DNA of 64,000 nt, taken from contig CAVZVA010000009.1 in the NCBI GenBank assembly GCA_963778655.1, positions 1,088,001 through 1,152,000 of the forward strand, read 5' to 3'. This document shows, piece by piece, positions 28,290 to 35,995 of this stretch (within the stretch, counting starts at the first letter, position 1; the number at the start of each line of letters is the position of its first letter). A program made the translations under genes and the position numbers. The notes below the pieces were generated by a model. It did not search any database. It was not told the origin of the DNA and saw nothing but the letters and a program-made list of their open reading frames with translations. This stretch comes from an uncultured delta proteobacterium. GTDB lineage: Bacteria; Myxococcota_A; Polyangia; Polyangiales; JAFGIB01.

Positions 28290-28781
28290 GTGGCTTTGCC
28301 CACCTCCTGCCACATCCCCGGCCCACGCGTGAGCTCAGCGCCGCCACCATTCGGCTCGGTCCAGATCGCGATGCCGCGCGCGACGTCGTGGCACCCGCGC
28401 GTGCCGTTGCTCACGGCGTACGTGCGCTCGCAGCTCTCCGCTGTGCTCGCCACCCTGGTCGACTTCGCCACCATGGTGGTGCTGGTCGAGCACGTCGGGC
28501 TGCACTACGTGCTCGCCACGGCGCTCGGCGCGCTGGCGGGCGGCGCCACCGCCTTCCTGGCCAACCGCCACTGGAGCTTTCTGGCGGCACACCGCGCCTG
28601 GGACGCGCAGGCCGCCCGCTACGGCCTGGTCTGGGCGGGCAGCGTGGGGTTGAACTGCGGCCTGGTCTACCTGCTGACCGAGCACGGCGGTCTGGCCTAT
28701 ACCGCCTCCAAGGCGGTGACCGCCATCCTGGTCGGCATCGGCTTCAACTTCCCGTTGCACCGTCACTTCGTGTTCCGCTGA
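28290..28781 (+). CDS. GtrA-family small flippase-like membrane protein
   Basis: Four TM segments. ATLVDF, FLANRHWSF and FNFPLHRHFVF. The start may be ATG 28371. Confidence 0.85.
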   Translation: MALPTSCHIPGPRVSSAPPPFGSVQIAMPRATSWHPRVPLLTAYVRSQLSAVLATLVDFATMVVLVEHVGLHYVLATALGALAGGATAFLANRHWSFLAAHRAWDAQAARYGLVWAGSVGLNCGLVYLLTEHGGLAYTASKAVTAILVGIGFNFPLHRHFVFR

Positions 28782-28809
28782 GCGGACGCGCCCGCGCCCG
28801 GCTGCGATC

Positions 28810-29607
28810 ATGCTCGACGACTCGCCCTGGCCGCTGCTCCTGCTCGCGCCGGCGTTGCTCTACTTCACGTTGCGCTTCGCAGCTTACTGGGCGCTGGTCT
28901 TGCTCGGCCGGGAGCTGCCCTTCGACGCCGAGATGCACCAGCGCGGCAAGTCGCTGTTGCTCGGCCACTCGCTGCGCCAGGTCTACGCCTGGTCGCTGCA
29001 GCCGCTGGCGCGGCTGCTGGCGCGCGCGCGGGTGCGGCCCAACCTGTTGAGCGTGCTGTGCTTCCTGCTGTCGCTGGCCGCCGGCGCCCTGATCGCGCTC
29101 GGTGCGGTCACGCTGGGCGGCGTGGTGGGGCTGTTCGGCTCGTCGCTCGACTACTTCGACGGGCGGGTCGCGCGCCTTTCGGGACAGGTGACGCGCGCGG
29201 GTGCCTTCCTCGACAGCACGCTCGACCGCTACTGCGAGGTCGCCTTCCTGGCGGGCGCGGCGCTGCTGTTCCGCGCCTCCCCGTGGACGCTCGGCGCCTG
29301 CCTGCTGGCGCTCGGCTCGGGCGGCATCGTCTCGTATACCCGCGCCAAGGCCGAGTCGCTCGGCGTCGAGCTCAAGTCCGGCCTGATGCAGCGCCCCGAG
29401 CGCGTGGTGCTGTTTTGCTTCGGCGCCAGCTTCGGCGCGCTGCTCGACGGCCTGCTGCCGCCGCCGCTGCAAGGACGGCGGTTGGTGTTCGGCACGCTGC
29501 TGTTCGTGCTGGCGGTGCTGACTACGCACACCGCGTGTGCACGCACGGCGAGTGGTCTTGCGGCGCTGCGGCGCGCCGAGCGGGGGCCGGACACAGGCGA
29601 GCGATGA
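28810..29607 (+). CDS. CDP-alcohol phosphatidyltransferase, phosphatidylinositol-phosphate-synthase-like
   Basis: RPNLLS, the signature DYFDGRVARLSGQVTRAGAFLDSTLDRY, SYTRAKAESLG and GLMQRPER. Confidence 0.88.
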   Translation: MLDDSPWPLLLLAPALLYFTLRFAAYWALVLLGRELPFDAEMHQRGKSLLLGHSLRQVYAWSLQPLARLLARARVRPNLLSVLCFLLSLAAGALIALGAVTLGGVVGLFGSSLDYFDGRVARLSGQVTRAGAFLDSTLDRYCEVAFLAGAALLFRASPWTLGACLLALGSGGIVSYTRAKAESLGVELKSGLMQRPERVVLFCFGASFGALLDGLLPPPLQGRRLVFGTLLFVLAVLTTHTACARTASGLAALRRAERGPDTGER

Positions 29608-30319
29608 GCGCGCGCTGGGCGGGATGCAGGCGTACGCCCGGGCGCAACGCGCGCAGCGCGTGCTCGGCCGCGTCGACGTCGGGCGCGTGCCCGCGCAACA
29701 CCATCAGCGCCGCCACCAGCATCGCCGAGCGCCCGCGGCCCGCCCCGCAGTGCACGTAGATGGCGCCCGGCTCGTCGGCCAGCTCGTCCAGCAGCGCCGC
29801 GAGCGCGCGCTCGCCGGGCACGTGGCGGTTGAGCACCGGCAGGCAGCGATAGCGGCAGGCCGCGACCACCGCGCTGCTCTCGATGAACTCCGAGGTCAGG
29901 TCCACGACCAGCGCGCAGCCGGAGGGCAGCTCGAAGGCGCGCGGTCGCCGGCCCAGATACAGCCCCGGGGCCGCCGGGTGAAAGCACGGCTCGCCGCGGC
30001 GCAGGGCCGCGAGCTTGAGCCAGTGAAAGCCCCACACCAGCGCCAGGTATGGCAGCAGCAACAGCACCGCCCGCCAAGCAAGCGAGCCGTCGTGGCGCTT
30101 GCCGAGCAGGCCGACGTGGTTGCCGAGGTAGGCGTAGGCCAGTGCCAGGTTCGAGAGCGCCAGCCAGGCCGGCAGCCACAGCCAGCCGCGGGCGAAGGGC
30201 ACGCCCGCCAGCGCGCACGCCGCGAAGCCGAGGTAGCGCAGCGCGAGCCGCGGGGCTGTGCGGCCGTGCCCCTCCCGCGTTTCGCCCAGGCCTTCGGAAA
30301 GCGACGCGTGCGCCGTCAT
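29522..30319 (-). CDS. Membrane-anchored dual-specificity (CX5R) phosphatase
   Basis: N-terminal TM helices. GLYLGRRP, VDLTSE and the active site VHCGAGRGRSA. Confidence 0.82.
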   Translation of the reverse strand: MTAHASLSEGLGETREGHGRTAPRLALRYLGFAACALAGVPFARGWLWLPAWLALSNLALAYAYLGNHVGLLGKRHDGSLAWRAVLLLLPYLALVWGFHWLKLAALRRGEPCFHPAAPGLYLGRRPRAFELPSGCALVVDLTSEFIESSAVVAACRYRCLPVLNRHVPGERALAALLDELADEPGAIYVHCGAGRGRSAMLVAALMVLRGHAPDVDAAEHALRALRPGVRLHPAQRALIARLCPAPARRAAAPQDHSPCVHTRCA

Positions 30320-30461
30320 CGATCACTGCAAGCGTAGCACAGGGCGCGCCCGGGCTCCGGACCGGCACGCCGGCCGGCGCTTCCAGCGCACAGCCAACCA
30401 CACCGAGCATCGCTCGTAGCTGGCTGCGCGAGCGACGCGCGCGCTATTCTTGCTGCGCTGC

Positions 30462-31943
30462 ATGGCCGCATCCTCCGAACGCGCGCTGCCGCGCCCGAGC
30501 TCCGACGCGCAAGACGCGCGCAACCTGCGGCGCGCCCGCGCGCTGTTCCTGGCGCTGGTGCTCGCCTACGCGGGCGCACTGGCCGTGCTCTACGCGCTCG
30601 GGCTGTTCGGCTTCGTGTGGAAGACCCTGGTCGTCCCATCCCTCTTCATCGTCGCCTACGCGGCGCGGCGTCTTCACGCCTTCGTGCGCGACTGGGCCGT
30701 GTTCCTGGGCGCGATCGTGCTGTTCGACAGCGCTCGCGGGCTGGTCTACGCGCTCGTGGTCAGGCTCTCGCTGCCCGTGTACATGCACTACGTCATCGGT
30801 CTCGAGCAGGGGCTGTTCGGGGCGCCGCCGCCCAGCGTGCGGTTGCAGCAGGCGCTGATCCCGGGCGGCGCGCTGGGGTGGCTGCCGAAGCTGTTGGTGA
30901 CGCTGCACGCCTCGCACTTCCTGGCGTTCCTGTTCTTCGGCTTGCTGGTCTGGCTCGCGCGTCCGGCGGAGTTCGCCCGTTTCAAGCTCGCCATCGTGAT
31001 CGTGATGTACACCGGCATCGCGGTGTACCTGGTGCTGCCCACCGTGCCGCCGTGGATGGCGGCAGGGCGCTTCTTCGTGCTCGATCACATCGAGCACGTG
31101 CCCGCGCACATCTACAACCTGGCGACCCCGGAGCTGGCCGCCTCGTTCGACGTGAACCCGATCGCCGCCATGCCCTCGCTGCACGCAGCCTTTCCGGTCT
31201 TGCTCGCGCTGGTCTGCTTCGAGCACTTCGGGCGCTGGGGCCTGGCGATGCTCGGCTACGCGCTGGCCGTGCTGTTCGCGGTGGTCGCGCTGGGCGAGCA
31301 CTACGTGGTCGACGTGCTGGCCGGCTGCGCGCTGTCGCTGAGCGCGTACCTGGTTGCCTACAAGCTACCCTGGGTCTCGCGGCTGCTCGCGCGGGCGCGG
31401 CCGCCCGAGCCCGCGCCCGCCACGCCGCTCGCCGCGCTGGCTCGGCTGCGCCGCCCGCTGCTGCTGTCGGGTCTGCTGCTGGTGGCCGCGCAGGGCGCCG
31501 GGTTTCTGGCCATCGCGCTGCACCGGCCCGAGGTACCGAGCGAGGCGTTCGTGACGCGCGAGCTCGACGGTCAGAGCCCGATGGCCGCCTATTACCACGC
31601 GCTCAATGCCTATTACGCGGGCAACTTCAAGCGTGCGCAGCCGCTGTTCGCACGCGCGTTGCACGAGGTGCCCGACGTGGCCAAGCAGGCGCGTGCCTAT
31701 CTGTTGCTGGGCGAGAGCGCGTTTCACAACCGCGATTGGAAGGCCGCGATCGAGGCGCTCGGCTCGCAGCCGCGGCTCGATTCCGAGCAGGCGCTGATGC
31801 TGGCGCAGTCGCGGCTCGAGCTCGGGCAGCGCGCGCTCGGCCTGCAGGTGCTCGAGGTCGTGGCGCGCTCCGCTCCGGCCGACCCGGTGGTCCGGGCGCA
31901 CCTGCGCAAGCTGGAGCTCGAGTTCGGCCGCGCCGGCCGGTGA
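30462..31943 (+). CDS. Aur1/inositol-phosphorylceramide-synthase-like PAP2 membrane enzyme with C-terminal TPR-like region
   Basis: PTVPPW, AAMPSLHAA and GEHYVVDV (His-His-Asp triad of the PAP2_3 type). C-terminal helical TPR-like repeats. Confidence 0.82.
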   Translation: MAASSERALPRPSSDAQDARNLRRARALFLALVLAYAGALAVLYALGLFGFVWKTLVVPSLFIVAYAARRLHAFVRDWAVFLGAIVLFDSARGLVYALVVRLSLPVYMHYVIGLEQGLFGAPPPSVRLQQALIPGGALGWLPKLLVTLHASHFLAFLFFGLLVWLARPAEFARFKLAIVIVMYTGIAVYLVLPTVPPWMAAGRFFVLDHIEHVPAHIYNLATPELAASFDVNPIAAMPSLHAAFPVLLALVCFEHFGRWGLAMLGYALAVLFAVVALGEHYVVDVLAGCALSLSAYLVAYKLPWVSRLLARARPPEPAPATPLAALARLRRPLLLSGLLLVAAQGAGFLAIALHRPEVPSEAFVTRELDGQSPMAAYYHALNAYYAGNFKRAQPLFARALHEVPDVAKQARAYLLLGESAFHNRDWKAAIEALGSQPRLDSEQALMLAQSRLELGQRALGLQVLEVVARSAPADPVVRAHLRKLELEFGRAGR

Positions 31944-31984
31944 GCAGCCCGCGGCGACCGGCTGAACGTGGTAGATTGGTGGCC

Positions 31985-33040
31985 GTGATGCAGACGACGA
32001 GCGTGGCTCCCGCGGGGCCGGGCCCCGGTGGAGCGAGTGCCGCGCCGCCGCCGCGCCGCGTCGCGCTCCGCCGAGCGATGCTGCTGCTGCGCATCGTGGT
32101 GCCGGTCGGCGCCATCGCTTACCTGCTGTCGATCGTGCCGCTGCGGGACGTGCTCGCCTCGGTCCGGTCGCTGCCGGCGCGCGCGGTCGCGGGCGCGCTG
32201 CTCGTGATCGTCGTAAACACCGCGATCGCGACGCTGCGCTGGCGCATCCTGTTCAGCGCGTGCGGCGTCAAGGCCAAGCCTGCTTTTCTGGAGCTGCTGC
32301 GGGCTTCCTGGATCGGCGCCTTCTACAACACCTACGTGCCCGGCGGGCTGGGCGGTGAGGTGGTGCGGGCCGTCGCCACCCGCCGCGTGGTCGGCGCGGG
32401 TGGCTTGCCGCTGGCGGCGGCGATCGTGTTCCTCGACCGCACGCTGGGCCTGGCGGCGCTGTTCATCCTGGTCGCGGTGAGCTTCTCGCTGTTTCCGCTG
32501 CCGGGGCTGCCCAACGTGATGCTGTGGAGCGCGCTGGGGCTGCCGGTGGCCGCGCTGGCGGTGGTGGCGATCGTGAGCGGCCCGCGCCTCGCGGCCTTCT
32601 TGCCGCAGCCGCTCGCGCGCGTGGCCGCCGCGCTGCCCACGATCGAATCGTTGCCCCTGTTCGGGGTGGCGCTGCTGATCTCGGTGGTCACCCAGCTCGG
32701 CGGGGTGCTGTGCGGGCACCTGGTCATCTCGGGCATCGACGCGCACGTCACGTTCACCGACTCGGTGGTCATCCTGCCGCTGATCAACGCCGCGCAGTAC
32801 TTCCCGCTCACCGTGGGCGGCGCCGGCGTGCGCGAAGCTGGCTACGTGGTGCTGTTCGCGCTGGTGCACGTGCGCAAGGCCGACGCGTTGGCTGCGTCGC
32901 TGGTGATCGCCGCGCTGCTGTACGTGGCCAACGCCGCCGGCGGCGTGCTGCACGCGCTGCGCCCGCTCACGCTCGAGCAGGAGGCGGAAGGCGCCGCGCC
33001 CGGGGAGCCGATCGTGAAGGCCGCGCCCTCAGAGCCCTAG
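31985..33040 (+). CDS. Lysylphosphatidylglycerol-synthase TM (flippase-like, UPF0104/AglD2) protein
   Basis: GTG/ATG at 31985/31988. RWRIL, FYNTYVPGGLGGEVVRA, DRTLGL and PLTVGGAGVRE. Confidence 0.85.
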   Translation: MMQTTSVAPAGPGPGGASAAPPPRRVALRRAMLLLRIVVPVGAIAYLLSIVPLRDVLASVRSLPARAVAGALLVIVVNTAIATLRWRILFSACGVKAKPAFLELLRASWIGAFYNTYVPGGLGGEVVRAVATRRVVGAGGLPLAAAIVFLDRTLGLAALFILVAVSFSLFPLPGLPNVMLWSALGLPVAALAVVAIVSGPRLAAFLPQPLARVAAALPTIESLPLFGVALLISVVTQLGGVLCGHLVISGIDAHVTFTDSVVILPLINAAQYFPLTVGGAGVREAGYVVLFALVHVRKADALAASLVIAALLYVANAAGGVLHALRPLTLEQEAEGAAPGEPIVKAAPSEP

Positions 33041-34018
33041 CCAGCCGCGCGGCTCGAGCGTGCGGGTGCCCTTGCGGACCTCGAAGAACAGCGCGGGAGG
33101 GGCGTAGTCGGTGCCGATGCTGCCGATGCGCGCCTGGCGTGAGAGATCGTCGCCCACCCGCACCTCGACCGAGCCCAGGCCGCCGTAGACGGTGTAGTAG
33201 CCGTCGCCGTGATCGAGGATCACCAGCCGTCCATAGCTGCCGTAGCGGTCGGAGAACGCCACCCGGCCCGCGGCCACCGCGTGCACCGGGGTGCCGACCG
33301 GCGCCTGGAACTCGAGGCCGGGGCCGTCGCTCTCGGCGCGGCGCCCGTTCACGATGCGCACATCGCCCGTGACCGGGCTGGCGAGGTTGCCGCGCTCGGA
33401 CTCGAAGCTCTGCAGCGGCGCGGGGTCGACCAAGTGCAGGCCGTAGGCGCCGGCTTCGTCAGCCGGCCGATAGGCGGCCGTGCTGGCGCTGGCGTTGATG
33501 CCGGGCAAGCCGCGCGAGCCGCCCGCCGGCGTGCTCTGCAGCATCGCCAGTCGCGCGCGCGCGTCCTGCAGCTCCTTGGCCGCCTTGCCCGCTTCGGCGC
33601 GCAAACCATTGGCGCGGCTCTGCAGCGAGCTCAGGCTGAGCGCCTCCTGCCGCACCACGCGGCGCAGGCGCTTCATCCGCGCCACGTGCCGCAGCGCGGC
33701 GTCCATCCCGCCGATCAGCGGGGCCAGGCCGGCGCGGCTCATGCGGTAGAGCATGCGCACCCGCGCGCGCAGCTCGCGCCGCGTCTGCTGGCGTTTGGCG
33801 GAAAGGTCGGCGACCTCGCGCGCGCAGCGTTCCTTGCGCGCCGTGCTGGCCTCGATCTGGTCGAGCAGGCCCGCGATCTCCACGTCGGTGCTGATCCCGC
33901 CCGCGCTCTGTCCGTGCACGCGGCCGGCCTGACACAGCGCGGCCAGCAGCAGGACCGACAGCACGCGGCGCGCCGACCCTCCGACCGCCTTTGCTCGCTC
34001 GCCGTGGCGCTGCGTCAT
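33029..34018 (-). CDS. envC: EnvC-like murein hydrolase activator (coiled coil plus degenerate M23 domain)
   Basis: Coiled coil, then GTPVHAVAAGRV, YGRLVILDHGDGYYTVYGGL and FFEVR, lacking the catalytic His residues. Downstream of ftsEX. Confidence 0.82.
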   Translation of the reverse strand: MTQRHGERAKAVGGSARRVLSVLLLAALCQAGRVHGQSAGGISTDVEIAGLLDQIEASTARKERCAREVADLSAKRQQTRRELRARVRMLYRMSRAGLAPLIGGMDAALRHVARMKRLRRVVRQEALSLSSLQSRANGLRAEAGKAAKELQDARARLAMLQSTPAGGSRGLPGINASASTAAYRPADEAGAYGLHLVDPAPLQSFESERGNLASPVTGDVRIVNGRRAESDGPGLEFQAPVGTPVHAVAAGRVAFSDRYGSYGRLVILDHGDGYYTVYGGLGSVEVRVGDDLSRQARIGSIGTDYAPPALFFEVRKGTRTLEPRGWLGL

Positions 34019-34028
34019 GCCGCTGCCT

Positions 34029-34910
34029 CTATACCTGCAGGTAGCGACGCAGCGATAGCGCGCTGCCGAGCGCGCCCATCATGCCGCCGCCGATGACGAT
34101 GCACAGGGCCGAGAGCGGATCGAGAAACACCGTACGCACGTGGGTGACTGCGCCCAGCGCGCCCTCGACATAGCCGCGCATGCTCAGATACAGGATGAGC
34201 AGCAGCAGCAGCGAGGTCAGCGCCGCGGCCATCGCCTGCAGGCTGCCCTCGATCACGAACGGGCTGCGCACGAAGCCATCGGTCGCACCGCACAGCTTGA
34301 GCACCTCGATCTCGCCTTTGCGGTTCGCCACGGCGAGCCGGATGGTGTTGCCGATGATCGCCAGCACGCAGATCACGACCAGCATCGCCAGCATCGCCAC
34401 CAGCGACTTGCCGGCGGACACCAGCGTGCCCATGCGCGCGAACCAGTCGTGATAGGTCTCGACGTCGTCGACCGCTCCGAAGCGACGCACGCGCTGGGCG
34501 ATCTGGCCCACGCGCGCTGCGGCCACCTGCGGCCGCAGTGTGACCTCGAGCGAGGCGGGGAAGGCGTCCGCCGGAAGCGCTCCGGCCTGCGCGCCGAGGT
34601 CGGCCTGGTCGGCGAACTCCTTGCGCGCGTCGGCGGCGCTCACGTAGTGCACCTGCTGCGCGTCGGGCAGGCTCTCCAGCACCAGCTTGAGCTGGGACAC
34701 GTCACCCTCGCGGGCGCCGTCCTTGAGGTAGATCGTCAGGTGCTGCGCGCCGCGCCAGCGCTCGGCCACGCGGCTCAGGTTGTGGACGCTGAGCAACGCG
34801 GCGCCCAGGCACAGGAAGGCCACGACCAGGCTCGCCACCGCGACCACGTGCAGCCGCAGGTCGTCCCGAAGGCCCCGTTTCGCTCGCGACACCGCAGTCC
34901 AGATGTCCAT
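34029..34910 (-). CDS. ftsX: Cell division permease FtsX
   Basis: ATG 34910. IGNTIRLAVANRKGEIEVLKLCGATDGFVRSPFVIEG. Confidence 0.93.
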   Translation of the reverse strand: MDIWTAVSRAKRGLRDDLRLHVVAVASLVVAFLCLGAALLSVHNLSRVAERWRGAQHLTIYLKDGAREGDVSQLKLVLESLPDAQQVHYVSAADARKEFADQADLGAQAGALPADAFPASLEVTLRPQVAAARVGQIAQRVRRFGAVDDVETYHDWFARMGTLVSAGKSLVAMLAMLVVICVLAIIGNTIRLAVANRKGEIEVLKLCGATDGFVRSPFVIEGSLQAMAAALTSLLLLLILYLSMRGYVEGALGAVTHVRTVFLDPLSALCIVIGGGMMGALGSALSLRRYLQV

Positions 34911-34921
34911 CGCTTCGTCCC

Positions 34922-35704
34922 TCAGGCGCTCAGCTGCGTGCGCGCGGACCAGGCGCGCAGCCCCTGGCTGGCTTCGATCAGCCGCCCATCGTCGATCACC
35001 ACCAGCCGGTGCGGCGAGGTGGACAAGAGCGAGTGGTCGTGGGTGGCGAACAGCACGGTGGTGCCGGCCTCGTTGATCTCCTCGAACAGCGTGAGGATGT
35101 CGATCGCGAGCGTCGGGTCGAGGTTTCCGGTCGGCTCGTCGGCCAGCAGCAGCGCGGGCTCGGTCACGATCGCGCGTCCGATCGCGACTCGCTGCTGTTC
35201 GCCGCCCGAGAGGTGCTCGACGCGCTCGGGGCCGCGCCCGGCGAGGCCCACGCGCTCCAGCGCTTCGGCCACGCGCCCTCGCACCAGCCGTGGCGGCGTG
35301 CCGAGGATCTCGAGCGAGACGGCGACGTTCTCGTAGACGGTCCAGTGCGGCACGATCTTGAAGTCCTGAAACACGATCCCGAGATTGCGGCGCAGGAACG
35401 GCACCGAGCGATCGGTCAAACGCGAAATATCGCGACCGCTGAACTGGATGCGCCCGCCGTCGACCGTGTGCTGGCGATAGATCAGCTGCAGCAACGTGCT
35501 CTTGCCCGAGCCGCTCGGGCCGGTGACGAACACGAACTCGCCGCGCTCCACCACCAGGTTGACTGCGCGCAGCGTGGGGATGTCGCGGCGGAAGTACTTG
35601 TAGACGTCCTCCAGCACCAGCAGCGGGCGGTTTGCGCCCTCGCTGCGGATGCGGTGCTGGGACTGGGAGCGACGGCCGGCCGAGGAGGGGGGGCGCGGTA
35701 GCAT
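34922..35704 (-). CDS. ftsE: Cell division ATP-binding protein FtsE
   Basis: GPSGSGKST, VPFLRRNLGIVFQDF, LSGGEQQRVAI, ADEPTGNLD and ATHD. Confidence 0.93.
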   Translation of the reverse strand: MLPRPPSSAGRRSQSQHRIRSEGANRPLLVLEDVYKYFRRDIPTLRAVNLVVERGEFVFVTGPSGSGKSTLLQLIYRQHTVDGGRIQFSGRDISRLTDRSVPFLRRNLGIVFQDFKIVPHWTVYENVAVSLEILGTPPRLVRGRVAEALERVGLAGRGPERVEHLSGGEQQRVAIGRAIVTEPALLLADEPTGNLDPTLAIDILTLFEEINEAGTTVLFATHDHSLLSTSPHRLVVIDDGRLIEASQGLRAWSARTQLSA

Positions 35705-35881
35705 GCGACAGAGGTACAGCGGGTCGACTCGGGCGGCAAAAAAACGGCGGTACCCGGCGGCGGCGCCCAAGCGCTGGCAACTTCGGGCAGTTGCGCGCCG
35801 TCCTGAGGCGGCGGAGCGCCCTTCGCACAAGCTCGCAGTCCGTGCTGAAGAGGCGGATAGCAGGGCACAGTGTCCGCCAAA

Positions 35882-35981
35882 AATGCAGCATTCTAGCTGC
35901 ATTGCTCTTTTCAGCCAGGTGCGTTGTAGCTACAGTCTATTGTTACAGCCCATCGGGTGGTGGGTGCAGACGCTAGCTGCA
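35882..35981. promoter_or_regulatory. AT-richer divergent control region with inverted and direct repeats
   Basis: AATGCAGC-N6-GCTGCATT (35882-35903), the palindrome TGTAGCTACA (35925-35934), and CTAGCTGCA at both 35893 and 35973. Confidence 0.45.
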
Positions 35982-35995
35982 GGGGTGCTGATCGT

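Noticed and set aside
30617..31984. Apparent 807-aa fusion ORF 30617-33040
   Set aside because: The N-terminal part is an alternative frame of the PAP2 gene. The real gene starts near 31985.
33029..34018. Active M23 endopeptidase
   Set aside because: The Zn-ligand His motifs are missing, and the ftsEX context indicates EnvC.
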